The notes under the pieces were generated by a model. That model saw only the letters and a program-made list of their open reading frames with translations. It was not told the DNA's origin and ran no database searches. This document shows, in pieces, positions 24,152-37,381 of a stretch of DNA of 64,000 nt. Position numbers and translations under genes: made by a program. The stretch is from Macrostomum hystrix. Taxonomy: Eukaryota; Animalia; Platyhelminthes. The stretch lies in NCBI GenBank assembly GCA_950097015.1, contig CATNEN010000030.1, positions 2,728,001-2,792,000 of the forward strand. Direction: 5' to 3'. Position 1 is the first letter of the stretch. Every line of letters begins with the position of its first letter.

Positions 24152-25545
24152 ATGCCAGGTGAGGAAAGGTAGTTATGCCAGGTGATGAAGGGTAGTTATG
24201 CCAGGTGAGGAAGGGTAGTTATGCCAGATGAGGAAGGGTAGTTATGCCAGGTGAGGAAGGGTAGTTATGCCAGGTGAGGAAAGGTAGTTATGCCAGGTGA
24301 GGAAGGGTAGTTATGCCAGATGAGGAAGGGTAGTTATGCCAGGTGAGGAAGGGTAGTTATGCCAGATGAGGAAGGGTAGTTATGCCAGGTGAGGAAGGGT
24401 AGTTATGCCAGGTGAGGAAGGGTAGTTATGCCAGATGAGGAAGGGTAGTTATGCCAGGTGAGGAAGGGTAGTTATGCCAGGTGATGAAGGGTAGTTATGC
24501 CAGGTGATGAAGGGTAGTTATGCCAGGTGAGGAAGGGTAGTTATGCCAGGTGAGGAAGGGTAGTTATGCCAGGTGAGGAAGGGTAGTTATGCCAGGTGAG
24601 GAAGGGTAGTTATGCCAGGTGAGGAAGGGTAGTTATGCCGGGTGATGAAGGGTAGTTATGCCAGGTGAGGAAGGGTAGTTATGCCAGGTGAGTAAAGGTA
24701 GTTATGCCGGGTGAGGAAGGGTAGTTATGCCAGGTGAGGAAGGGTAGTTATGCCAGGTGAGTAAAGGTAGTTATGCCGGGTGAGGAAGGGTAGTTATGCC
24801 AGGTGAGGAAGGGTAGTTATGCCAGGTGAGTAAAGGTAGTTATGCCGGGTGAGGAAGGGTAGTTATGCCAGGTGAGGAAGGGTAGTTATGCCAGGTGAGG
24901 AAGGGTAGTTATGCCAGGTGAGGAAGGGTAGTTATGCCAGGTGAGGAAGGGTAGTTATGCCAGGTGAGGAAGGGTAGTTATGCCAGGTGAGGAAGGGTAG
25001 TTATGCCAGGTGAGGAAGGGTAGTTATGCCAGGTGAGGAAGGGTAGTTATGCCGGGTGAGGAAGGGTAGTTATGCCAGGTGAGGAAGGGTAGTTATGCCA
25101 AGTGAGGAAAGGTAGTTATGCCGGGTGAGGAAGGGTAGTTATGCCAGGTGAGGAAGGGTAGTTATGCCAGGTGATGAAGGGTAGTTATGCCGGGTGAGGA
25201 AGGGTAGTTATGCCAGGTGAGGAAGGGTAGTTATGCCAGGTGAGGAAGGGTAGTTATGCCAGGTGAGGAAGGGTAGTTATGCCAGGAGAGTAAAGGTAGT
25301 TATGCCGGGTGAGGAAGGGTAGTTATGCCAGGTGAGGAAGGGTAGTTATGCCAGGTGAGTAAAGGTAGTTATGCCGGGTGAGGAAGGGTAGTTATGCCAG
25401 GTGAGGAAGGGTAGTTATGCCAGGTGAGTAAAGGTAGTTATGCCGGGTGAGGAAGGGTAGTTATGCCAGGTGAGTAAAGGTAGTTATGCCGGGTGAGGAA
25501 GGGTAGTTATGCCGGGTGAGTAAGGGTAGTTATGCCAGGTGAGTC
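24152..25545. repeat. Minisatellite, 23-bp unit, about 60 copies
   Basis: ATGCCAGGTGAGGAAGGGTAGTT. Confidence 0.95.
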
Positions 25546-26357
25546 AGCTGCGCCAGAAGATTATCTTTTTAGCCATGTTCCTGTTGGCCAGAGTTACGAG
25601 GGTCTTTGAAGAGAAGTTGTGTAAGTTCACTTCTGCAACGCAAGTGTTTTATTTAGCAGCTCATATTCGAGTTTTTTGCATTATTGCTTAAGAGAAAATA
25701 AACAGAAATTTTAGTTCGCCTCGTAAATCATTCAAACTGGAGCGGAAGCACTCGATACTGCGAAGCTTGGTGCCAATAACAGTCGCCTTATCCGGCTCTG
25801 CATGGCTTCAATAACTGTCCCCCCTTGGCCTCAGAGGGACTGGGTCGCCAGTTGGGGCGCTGAGGCGGATTAAAACTGCATTAGAGAGCTGGAGCCAACG
25901 ATGGCGCGCGCACAAAATTCAAATGGGGAGGAATAGTAGTAAAAATTCGCATTGTGGCATAGCAGAAGCCCCCTTGGGGTGACTTTTTATAGCCGGCACG
26001 TCAACGAGAAACTCGGTCAAGTGTCGAAATGGATTTAGTGACTCGGTTGGGTTTTAGATGTTAGGACTTGGCAGAAACCGCACTGCCGAGCTAATTATCA
26101 TCGGGATCGATTCGGGATCAACAGCCGCCTGTGAGTGCTTTTTATTTAGCTCGGCTAAACTCAGGTTTTTCGAGCCCCGGTTTAAAGATTCCTCAGTGAA
26201 TGCGCGGAATTACTGGCGAAATCCAGGTCCGATACGGTATGATTAATATATGCCGAAGCCCCACTGACGAGCTTGGAGCAGGCACCGCGGTGACTCGGAG
26301 GAAGACTTGCAGTATTCTGAAATGGCGGCTGATTTACTCTTTTATTTTTTGTAGCGG

Positions 26358-26965
26358 AATCTCATATCTGACAGGCCTGTAATCTCAGCTCTGACAGGCC
26401 TGTAATCTCAGCTCTGACAGGCCTGTAATCTCAGCTCTGAAAGGCCTGTAATCTCAGCTCTGACAGGCCTGTAATCTCAGCTCTGACAGGCCTGTAATCT
26501 CAGCTCTGACAGGCCTGTAATCTCAGCTCTGACAGGCCTGTAATCTCAGCTCTGACAGGCCTGTAATCTCAGCTCTGACAGGCCTGTAATCTCAGCTTTG
26601 ACAGATCTAGAATCTCACCTCCTGACAGATCTAGAATCTCACCTCCTGACTGATCTAGAATCTCACCTCCTGACTGATCTAGAATCTCACCTCCTGACAT
26701 AACGGGAATCTCACCTCCTGACTGATCTAGAATCTCACCTCCTGACATACCGGGAATCTCACCTCCTGACATACCGGGAATCTCACCTCCTGACTGATCA
26801 AGAATCTCACCTCCTGACATACCGGGTATCTCACCTCCTGACATACCGGGAATCTCACCTCCTGACATACCGGGAATCGCACCTCCTGACATACCGGGAA
26901 TCTCACCTCCCGACATACCGGGAATCTCACCTCCTGACATACCGGGAATCTCACCTCCTGACATA
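26358..26965. repeat. Compound minisatellite: 23-bp unit grading into 24-bp units
   Basis: GACAGGCCTGTAATCTCAGCTCT, then GACAGATCTAGAATCTCACCTCCT, then GACATACCGGGAATCTCACCTCCT. Confidence 0.92.
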
Positions 26966-27439
26966 CATAACAGGCTTGGAGAAGCGGTAAAAGAGGTATA
27001 TTTTCCCCAGCTGCGCGCAGGCTGAAGTCATGAGGCGGGTGAGACGGTCTAGCCGGGACTAATAGAATAATCTTAGTGGCCGAAGCCCACCCGTAGAAAC
27101 CTTGCCTGCTCCCAAGCCACCAACCCCACCGAGTTCCCACTGCGGCCGCTGAGCGGAACCACCGCGGCTAGACTTTTCTCCCCCGGCCGCTGACCTGCCA
27201 CAGTTAATTATACCGGATTAGCCCCGGGCAGCCGTTGCACGGCGAATCCTCTTATAGCAATGCGGAAATTTCCAACCGCACGCAAAACTGACTCAGGACT
27301 GCCAGGCTCCAGTGCCCGCAGGGGTAGGGGGGCAGGATAACTCATTGCTTTACCAACATGTGCCTTTTTTAATTTATCCTCCGTTTCAGAATCAGCCGGC
27401 ATCCAGGCACCAATGTAAAGGAACGTGGGGATCGCCAGA

Positions 27440-28530
27440 TGTTCGTGAGGATCTTTGTGTGTTCATGAGGATCATTGGGTGTTCATGAGGATATTTGGGT
27501 GCTAGTGGGATATTTAGGTGTTAGTGGGATCTTTGGGTTTTAGTTGGTACTTTTGGGTGTTCGTGGGGATCTTTGAGTGTTCGTGAGGATCTTTGGGTGT
27601 TCGTGGGGATCTTTGAGTGTTCGTGAGGATCTTTGGGTGTTCGTGGGGATCTTTGAGTGTTCGTGAGGATCTTTGGTTGTTCGTGAGGATCTTTGGGTGT
27701 TCGTGGGGATCTTTGAGTGTTCGTGAGGATCTTTGAGTGTTCGTGGGGATCTTTGAGTGTTCGTGAGGATCTTTGGGTGTTAGTGGGGATCTTTGAGTGT
27801 TCGTGAGGATCTTTGAGTGTTCGTGAGGATCTTTGAGTGTTCGTGAGGATCTTTGAGTGTTCGTGGGGATCTTTGAGTGTTCGTGAGGATCTTTGGGTGT
27901 TAGTGGGGATCTTTGGGTGTTCGTGGGGATCTTTGAGTGTTCGTGAGGATCTTTGAGTGTTCGTGAGGATCTTTGGGTGTTCGTGAGGATCTTTGAGTGT
28001 TCGTGAGGATCTTTGGGTGTTCGTGGGGATCTTTGAGTGTTCGTGAGGATCTTTGAGTGTTCGTGAGGATCTTTGGGTGTTCGTGGGGATCTTTGAGTGT
28101 TCGTGAGGATCTTTAGGTGTTTGTGGGGATCGTTGAGTGTTCGTGGGGATCTTTGAGTGTTCGTGAGGATCTTTGGTTGTTCGTGAGGATCTTTGAGTGT
28201 TCGTGAGGATCTTTGGTTGTTCGTGAGGATCTTTGGTTGTTCGTGAGGATCTTTAGGTGTTTGTGGGGATCGTTGAGTGTTCGTGAGGATCTTTGAGTGT
28301 TCGTGGGGATCTTTGGTTGTTCGTGAGGATCTTTAGGTGTTAGTGGGGATCGTTGAGTGTTCGTGAGGATCTTTGGGTGTTAGTGGGGATCTTTGGGTGT
28401 TAGTGGGGATCTTTGGGTGTTCGCGAGGATCTTTGGGTATTCATGAGGATTATTGGGTGTTCGTGAGGATCTGTGGCTGTTCGCGAGAATGTTCGGGTTC
28501 CCGAGAGATCTTTGTGGCTACATGTGATCT
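27440..28530. repeat. Minisatellite, 20-bp unit
   Basis: GTGTTCGTGAGGATCTTTGA with degenerate edges. Confidence 0.95.
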
Positions 28531-28995
28531 TCGAGGATTCGTGAGATCCGGCTTTTACTGAAATCCTAACTCAAAGTGTTAAATCGTTAAATGCGCATTG
28601 TATACAGTGCTGTAGAAGTTCTTCAAGTTATAAATCTCATTTATAAGAGTGTAGCTTTAACACCCACAATCGTCTGGCAAGTCATATGGTAGGACTTAAA
28701 ATATTATCCAGCATATTTTAAACTCCAAACACACACAAACACACACATGCCATGTGTGCGTTGAGTCTCGCACTGTGAAGCAGCATGCAGTACCATTTTG
28801 CCCCCCTATGCTCAGGGGGTAAGTTTGAGTACGGTGCGCGAATGCAAGTGTGCCATTTTGTTAATGTAAAGTGTCCACAAACCGCACTTAATTATAGATT
28901 ATTTTATTCCGATTGACTCAATTAAAAATGTATTTTATTGTGATTTCTAAGAAATTTCGAATTTTCCGTTAAATGAAACGATCATTAGCACGATC

Positions 28996-29232
28996 ATGCG
29001 CGGCGCATCTGAAGGCTGCGTATGGCAGTTCAGTCCATGGACTGGGGGGACGCCACACCCACCCTTAATTACCCCAGCTAATGCAGGTACCCATTTATCA
29101 GCTGGGTGAACTGAAGCAATGCAGAGTTAAGCGTCCTGCTAAAGGACACAAATTGTTCCAATGGAGTCGGTAATCGAACCCCTGACCTTCAAGTCGTGAG
29201 TCCAACGCTCTAACCACTAGGCTAAAACCTCG
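28996..29232 (-). mobile_element. CORE-type SINE, near full length
   Basis: Reverse complement aligns along its whole length with 53434-53667: tRNA head, CORE domain, 3' tail with CAGTCCATGGACTG. Confidence 0.85.
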
Positions 29233-29885
29233 GTTTTATCACCTCCTTGCACGAATCTAAGAAGGAATAATTGATTGAAGTAAACTGAGCAGTCTTAATG
29301 GCTGAGCTGCCGTCTTATGGGAGAATTTTGACGGAATTCAAAATGCGGATATAACCGGTGGCAAATATAAGGCTGAGCTGTCACCAAACTAACTGCAATT
29401 AGGAGGCTTCCTACACACGCGCACGCACACACAGTCGAAAACCCAGTGCGAGCTGTCAGGCTAGAGATCCGCTGTGCTCTATCTCACTAATACCATCATA
29501 AATACCGTTGGAGACAACTCTGTTTTATAAGCAGACAGGCGAAAGAACAATGGGCTTAGCTCTGCCAGATAGACGACAGGCCGACGGGACAGAAGGTGGC
29601 GGACTCGCAGACAGAATGTGGAGTACAAATGACAGATATGGTGCAGGGGAGACCTGCAGCAAGCGAGGTGGAAAATAATCCCCTGTCAAGCTTGCCTGCA
29701 TGTGATCGGCTTGAAGTTTCATTGAAAAAGTAGGAGATCTTCTTGTCCAGTCTGCTTTCTTTAACAGTAACAGCAGGATTATTTCTGCGTGGCAAGAGAT
29801 TTGTGTTGATTAAAACTTGAAATGCCCACATATATATTTGTTTTGCAAGTCTAAATGTGACGATTTAAATGCTGAACGTTTAACT

Positions 29886-29952
29886 TAGTCTAACGCGTTT
29901 GCCTCTCGCACCAAGGTCCCTAGGTGCTTGATTCCGCGGCGAGGCCACATTC
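29886..29952 (+). mobile_element. SINE family 1, 5' head fragment
   Basis: GTCTAACGCGTTTGCCTCTCGCACCAAGGTCCCT...GATTCCGCGGCGAGGCCACATT is nearly identical to the head of 38614-38950. Confidence 0.8.
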
Positions 29953-29986
29953 GACTGCGGTCACTCACAAAAAGTTTAATAAAAGT

Positions 29987-30266
29987 GGACCCGCAGCCAG
30001 CGAAGAGGTGATTCTGTCCATTCTGGTGACTCCTGAGCACACTCACACAGGCGTGTACATCTGCCATGACTTTCTCATCGTCAGGTAGTGTAAACTACTC
30101 TCACTTTGTCTCGGTGTTTGGACATCAAGGGTATAAATTTCACGACAAGCACCTAAAGCCTTCTCTCCGCGGCTGCGCCCCAAATGAATGTGGCCTCGCA
30201 GCGGAATCGAGCTCAGGGACCTTGGTGCGAGAGGCAAACACTTTAGACCACTCTGCCACGCGCCCC
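29987..30266 (-). mobile_element. SINE family 1 (tRNA-derived), near full length
   Basis: A box TGGCAGAGTGG and B-box-like GCTCGATTCC on the minus strand. Body colinear with 38614-38950 and 48445-48690. Confidence 0.82.
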
Positions 30267-30627
30267 CTAAAATATATAGGGGGCCCAATACGCGCCCCCT
30301 TTTTATATATTAACGTTAGAAAAAATATGAGTGTTCCGCAAGCCCTACGTGCCTGCGTGTCTAAAAGTTGAAAACTGTCAACTGCCTCGCCTCTATAGCC
30401 CAACTGCGTGATTTAATAATGTGCCTGCTAAATTTGGAGGAAGCACTTGTGAAGCAATTATAACAGATTTCTAGCGACACGTGACTTACGGAAGACTTTT
30501 AGAGCTCAATGCATATCGTCCTATTTTTTTACTTTTAGGTTGACAGGGCATGGTATATTGGGTCTGAGATTCTCACCGTCTATGGCCGTTTGAGTTTTAC
30601 TATTTGGTAATCAATCAATTGATTCTA

Positions 30628-31455
30628 GAGGACGTCAAAATGGTCAAGGCCAGCTTCCATTGATCCAAGAGGACGTCAAAATGGTCAAGGCCAGCTTCCA
30701 TTGATCCAAGAGGACGTCAATTATCAAGGCCAGCTTCCATTGATCCAAGAGGACGTCAATGATCAAGGCCAGCTTCCATTGATCCAAGAGAACGTCAATT
30801 ATCAAGGCCAGCTTCCATTGATTCAAGAGAACGTCAAAATGCTCAAGGCCAGCTTCCATTGATCCAAGAGGACGTCAATTATAAAGGCCAGCTTCCATTG
30901 ATCCAAGAGGACGTCAAAATGATCAAGGCCAGCTTCCATTGATCCAAGAGGACGTCAAAATGATCAAGGCCAGCTTCCATTGATTCAAGAGGACGTCAAA
31001 ATGCTCAAGGCCAGCTTCCATTGATCCAAGAGGACGTCAAAATGCTCAAGGCCAGCTTCCATTGATTCAAGAGGACGTCAAAATGATCAAGGCCAGCTTC
31101 CATTGATTCAAGAGGACGTCAAAATGATCAAGGCCAGCTTCCATTGATTCAAGAGGACGTCAAAATGATCAAGGCCAGCTTCCATTGATTCAAGAGGACG
31201 TCAAAATGATCAAGGCCAGCTTCCATTGATTCAAGAGGACGTCAAAATGCTCAAGGCCAGCTTAAATTGATCCAAGAGGACGTCAATTATAAAGGCCAGC
31301 TTCCATTGATTCAAGAGGACGTCAATTATAAAGGCCAGCTTCCATTGATTCAAGAGGACGTCAAAATGATCAAGGCCAGCTTCCATTGATTCAAGAGGAC
31401 GTCAAAATGATCAAGGCCAGCTTCCATTGATTCAAGAGGACGTCAAAATGATCAA
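30628..31455. repeat. Minisatellite, 39/41-bp unit, about 20 copies
   Basis: GAGGACGTCAAAATGATCAAGGCCAGCTTCCATTGATCCAA. Confidence 0.95.
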
Positions 31456-32004
31456 TGCTCAGCTCTTTTCTCAATTCTATTTTATGCTATTTTTGTCAAC
31501 TCAATTTCATTTTTTGTTAAATTTTTCTTTCATTTTCTGACTAAGTTGCGTAAATGTTGTTTTATAGCGACATAAAAAATAAAGTACAATTTTTCTTCCA
31601 TTTTTTCTATTGAATTTTAAAATTCCTATGATCTATTCTTTAAAGTGAGCGATCATCAAAACAAATCGAAAGAATTAATAGAAATTTGCGCAGTAAAAAA
31701 TCAACGCTGTAGTTGAAGAGGTTAGGCCTCGACCCGCATAAACTACGCTTTATGGCTTCACAGGACTAGCATTCTGCGTTTAATTTGGCTCTGAAATTTT
31801 CAATCCAGCTAAAGCCGACCAAATTTCCTGTCGCAGCAGCCGCGTCTCGGGCGGGGATTTGGCTGCAGATTCCTTCAATCTGTTGGGACTCTCCCCTTCC
31901 TTCCCATTTTCCTTTTCCCATTAGCCTCATCTGGCAGCGCCTGCGTTGACCTAGCCTGGAATGAATGTGCTTTCTGCGATGGATCTTAGTCAGATATACA
32001 CCAT

Positions 32005-34432
32005 TGCAGTGCGTGTGAGACACACCTGACACATTCTTCACTCTGCATGAGATTGCAGTGCGTGTGAGACACACCTGACACATTCTTCACTCTGCACGAG
32101 ATTGCAGTGCGTGTGAGACACACCTGACACATTCTTCACTCTGCACGAGATTGCAGTGCCTGTGAGACACACCTGACACATTCTTCACTCTGCACGAGAT
32201 TGCAGTGCCTGTGAGACACACCTGACACATTCTTCACTCTGCACGAGATTGCAGTGCGTGTGAGACACACCTGACACATTCTTCACTCTGCACGAGATTG
32301 CAGTGCCTGTGAGACACACCTGACACATTCTTCACTCTGCATGAGATTGCAGTGCGTGTGAGACACACCTGACACATTCTTCACTCTGCATGAGATTGCA
32401 GTGAGTGTGAGACACACCTGACACATTCTTCACTCTGCATGAGATTGCAGTGCGTGTGAGACACACCTGACACATTCTTCACTCTGCATGAGATTGCAGT
32501 GCGTGTGAGACACACCTGACACATTCTTCACTCTACATGAGATTGCAGTGCGTGTGAGACACACCTGACACATTCTTCACTCTGCATGAGATTGCAGTGA
32601 GTGTGAGACACACCTGACACATTCTTCACTCTGCATGAGATTGCAGTGCGTGTGAGACACACCTGACACATTGTTCACTCTGCATGAGATTGCAGTGCGT
32701 GTGAGACACACCTGACACATTCTTCACTCTGCATGAGATTGCAGTGCGTGTGAGACACACCTGACACATTCTTCACTCTGCATGAGATTGCAGTGCGTGT
32801 GAGACACACCTGACACATTGTTCACTCTGCATGAGATTGCAGTGCGTGTGAGACACACCTGACACATTCTTCACTCTGCATGAGATTGCAGTGCGTGTGA
32901 GACACACCTGACACATTCTTCACTCTGCATGAGATTGCAGTGAGTGTGAGACACACCTGACACATTCTTCACTCTACATGAGATTGCAGTGCGTGTGAGA
33001 CACACCTGACACATTCTTCACTCTGCATGAGATTGCAGTGCGTGTGAGACACACCTGACACATTCTTCACTCTGCATGAGATTGCAGTGCGTGTGAGACA
33101 CACCTGACACATTCTTCACTCTGCATGAGATTGCAGTGCGTGTGAGACACACCTGACACATTCTTCACTCTGCATGAGATTGCACTGCGTGTGAGACACA
33201 CCTGACACATTCTTCACTCTGCATGAGATTGCAGTGAGTGTGAGACACACCTGACACATTCTTCACTCTGCATGAGATTGCAGTGCGTGTGAGACACACC
33301 TGACACATTCTTCACTCTACATGAGATTGCAGTGCGTGTGAGACACACCTGACACATTCTTCACTCTGCACGAGATTGCAGTGCGTGTGAGACACACCTG
33401 ACACATTCTTCACTCTGCATGAGATTGCAGTGCGTGTGAGACGCCTGACACATTCTTCACTCTGCATGAGATTGCAGTGCGTGTGAGACACACCTGACAC
33501 ATTCTTCACTCTGCACGAGATTGCAGTGCGTGTGAGACACACCTGACACATTCTTCACTCTGCACGAGATTGCAGTGCGTGTGAGACACACCTGACACAT
33601 TCTTCACTCTGCATGAGATTGCAGTGCGTGTGAGACACACCTGACACATTCTTCACTCTGCATGAGATTGCAGTGCGTGTGAGACACACCTGACACATTG
33701 TTCACTCTGCATGAGATTGCAGTGCGTGTGAGACACACCTGACACATTCTTCACTCTGCATGAGATTGCAGTGCGTGTGAGACACACCTGACACATTCTT
33801 CACTCTGCATGAGATTGCACTGCGTGTGAGACACACCTGACACATTCTTCACTCTGCATGAGATTGCAGTGAGTGTGAGACACACCTGACACATTCTTCA
33901 CTCTGCATGAGATTGCAGTGCGTGTGAGACACACCTGACACATTCTTCACTCTGCATGAGATTGCAGTGCGTGTGAGACACACCTGACACATTCTTCACT
34001 CTGCATGAGATTGCAGTGCGTGTGAGACACACCTGACACATTCTTCACTCTGCACGAGATTGCAGTGCGTGTGAGACACACCTGACACATTCTTCACTCT
34101 ACATGAGATTGCAGTGCGTGTGAGACACACCTGACACATTCTTCACTCTGCATGAGATTGCAGTGAGTGTGAGACACACCTGACACATTCTTCACTCTGC
34201 ATGAGATTGCAGTGAGTGTGAGACACACCTGACACATTCTTCACTCTGCATGAGATTGCAGTGCGTGTGAGACACACCTGACACATTCTTCACTCTGCAC
34301 GAGATTGCAGTGCGTGTGAGACACACCTGACACATTCTTCACTCTACATGAGATTGCAGTGCGTGTGAGACACACCTGACACATTCTTCACTCTGCATGA
34401 GATTGCAGTGCGTGTGAGACACATCTGACACA
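32005..34432. repeat. Minisatellite, 49-bp unit, about 49 copies, very homogeneous
   Basis: GCAGTGCGTGTGAGACACACCTGACACATTCTTCACTCTGCATGAGATT. Confidence 0.97.
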
Positions 34433-35605
34433 CCAGGAAAGAAGGTGAGAGTGAGACTAGCCAACGGACAAAGAGATAGAGAGACAGCTTCGACTAGAAA
34501 GCAGGTGAGCATAGACTCAACTCACACACCGGTGGGAAAACAATTAGCGTTGCGCGCATCAACGAAGCTATACATAGCGCAGACCCTTTTTTGCTTGTAA
34601 ATTAGCGAACTAGCCCCAGGAGCTGCAGTGGTTGTGGTGGCAAATCGAGAGCCTGGGAGGGTGACAAGGCGGTCAGAGCTTACAGGTTTGGCTTTTTAGC
34701 ACACTGCGCCAACCCCGCCGCGACACACCGCAGGGGCACTGCCCGCCTGTGCTGGAATGATGCAGGTCGAAAAGAATGACGGCCCTGCTTTGCTTATTTC
34801 CCCCCTCTCTCTCTCTCGGTCTCTGGGTCTCTCGGTCTCTCCTTGCTCCCTACAGGAAGGGAAGTCAGCCGGGGATTGGGCCCGGGGGGTTGGAGGCGGT
34901 TGGGCAGTGTGTTGTTAGGCGCTCCGTGGCTGGCTGGGTGGGCTGACGCCGGCCCAAGCGCTGGATTAGTACACACGTGACGGTGGCTGCTTGTGTGAGT
35001 GTGAGTGCTATTGAGAGGTGGATAAAAGCTGATCCATTCCAGCCTCGACAAGCCGCCGCGGTCACTCCAGTTCCCCACCCAGCTAGTTCAAAGCCAAGCC
35101 AAGCACGCGTGTGTGTGTGAGTGAGTGTGTGTGCGCAGGCGCCTTTCAACACAGTGGAGTGAGCGGAGAGATTGGGAATCCCCGGCATCCCACACCGCCA
35201 CTTGCCGCGCCCAATGCAACACAGCGCACCAGAGCGACCAAGAAACAGCAGGACGTTTGAGTTTTTTTCTGCCTATCTAGCTTCATCTCAGCGGACGCTG
35301 TTATAGCCGTGTATTGCTTCCTATTTTGAGACCGTCTACCGCACTCACCTTGATTCTTGAGTATCTTTGAGTGCGCAACATCCGTTTCTTCTTCTTCTCT
35401 TTCTAGTCCAGCCTGGTCTGGCCCATTGTTCGGGACTCTGCGAGATACCCGCACGCATGCGCCGGCTGCGCCTCTGAAGTCCGGCAGTCGCTGTCAGTAC
35501 TGTCGACTAGACGGCCTTGGACTAGGGCCAGGAGTCCAGAGCATCATTGCAGCGGAGTAGAGCTTGGGGCAGCGACGTAAATGAGGTTGTTCAAATGCAT
35601 CTCTG

Positions 35606-35611
35606 GTGAGT
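35606..35611 (+). other. Candidate 5' splice donor of a non-coding 5' UTR exon of the nAChR gene
   Basis: TG|gtgagt consensus after a GC-rich, CT/GA-repeat promoter-like stretch (about 34.5-35.6 kb). Acceptors occur just before the ATG at 36999/37009/37014. Confidence 0.3.
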
Positions 35612-36450
35612 TTTTCTACTCCACATAGCTTCTGTGCTCTGTTTCAAGGTCAGGCGGGGTCAGGCCACTTCACCCGAGCAGAAATCAAAACGGAATTTGT
35701 GCTCGATTTAGAAATTTTAGACGTTTTTGAGTGCCATTTTGGGAGTTTCAGCTCCTCCTGTGTACTTTTTACCATAGACTAAGCCGTTAGGCCTCGGATC
35801 GGATTGCTCATTGCGAGTCATTGAATCCGCCCAGAGGCCAAGAGAAATAGCACAAAAGTCGATGCTGTCCGTGGCCATAGCTTCGGCGATCGGAAATCAA
35901 TACTTAATCCTCACATTACCCATACCTGCCCGCCTGACGCCTAGCGACTAAAAATATCCTCCCCTATCTACAAATGCTCAAACAGATGCCTTGCTGTACT
36001 TCTTTCATGTCTGGCCCACGAGTCATTGTTCTGTCCCGCCCCATCGATATTTGTGCTAAACTGCTTGCCTATAGCCAAACTAGATAAAAATGAGAAAAAT
36101 GCTGCAGCAAAGTTGGCATTAATTTTGCGTTGCGCCTTCAGACCGCTCAGTCTCATGCGGGTTGATTGACTATGCAGCAGCCCCCGGGGGTCGCCGAAGC
36201 GCGGAGGACATCCGATGCTGACGGACCCGCGGGAATGCGCGCTCAATCAAACGCAGGACGAGAGAGCGCCAGAAGGATAAGAAGCTGCCGCTGCTGTTAA
36301 CTGGCTCGCTGGCAATTTGCGCAGAAAATTGTTTGCCAAAAACTTGGCCTCCGTCTGCTTCGCTCAGCTGCTGGGATAGAAAGCTCGATTCGCTGGTTGA
36401 ACTGATGCCAGCGAATCAGGAGTAAAGATTGGGCGATGGACAGGACGGCT

Positions 36451-36690
36451 GACAGACAGGCTACCAGACAGGCTAGCAGACAGGCTACCAGACAGTCTAC
36501 CAGATAGGCTAGCAGACAGGCTACCAGACAGGCTAGCAGACAGGCTACCAGACAGGCTACCAGACAGGACAGGCTACCAGACAGGCTACCAGACAGCCTA
36601 CCAGACAGGACAGGCTACCAGACAGGACAGGCTACCAGACAGGCTACCAGACAGGCTACCAGACAGGACAGGCTACCAGACAGGCTGGCA
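36451..36690. repeat. Minisatellite, 12-bp unit (CAGACAGGCTAC)
   Basis: Tandem copies with variants CAGACAGTCTAC and CAGACAGGCTAG. Confidence 0.92.
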
Positions 36691-37024
36691 GGCAGATGCA
36701 GAAAAGATCAGACAGAATACTATAAAACAGATTGGGATACACAAAATAGAGTGAGAATTTCTCGAAAAATCGGCAGTGCTATAAAATCGGGGGCCGCAGA
36801 TGCCAGATGCCCGGCGCTGCATTTTCCCAAAGAACCACTGCAGCAGCAAAACAGAAGGGCAAAACAGAAGAGATTGCAAAGCAGTTAAACTACTTCAAAG
36901 AAGTGCCTGCCCTACATTACTAAAACCCATTAGATCAATCGACTGTTATTGATTTTCTACCCAGCGGGTCAAGCGGGCCGGGGCAGCCACGAGTTTCAGT
37001 TTGTTTCAGTTCAGAAGCATCATA

Positions 37025-37381
37025 ATGTGCGCATCTGCAATCCCAAACCGTCTGTCCTCAGCTCTGCTGCTGTTGTGCCAGGGCCCGTTGCTGCCTGTCC
37101 CGATGGCAGCATCCACCGATATAGAGAGGCCCCGGCTGCGCATGGCCGAGAAGAATCTCATCAAGCAGCTGCTGCGGCACTACGACAAGAAGAGTCGGCC
37201 CGTTATTGACGCCGATCCGCCGTTTGGGACGCCGAAAATTGAACGACGCAAGGAGAAGCACGCCAACTCGTCCACCATCCCGATTCAGCAGGTCACGGTG
37301 GAATTCGGCCTCCGACTGGTGCAGATCCTTGACCTGGACGAGATGGAGCAGGTGCTTACCACCAGCATGATCTCGCTCTAC
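37025..37381 (+). CDS. Nicotinic acetylcholine receptor alpha-type subunit, coding exon 1 (signal peptide, LIKQLLRHYDKKSRPV, VTVEFGLRLVQILDLDE)
   Basis: Cys-loop receptor N-terminus with donor TAC|gtgagt. Full join 37025-37381,41614-41723,43271-43444,43940-44220,45630-45716,47388-47506,48751-49587 = 654 aa, phase-consistent throughout. The start codon is inferred. Confidence 0.88.

Noticed and set aside
32005-34432. Regular 37-49-bp repeats resembling CRISPR arrays (also 14217-16211 and 30628-31455)
   Set aside because: Units are head-to-tail with no unique spacers, there are no cas genes, and the context is eukaryotic.
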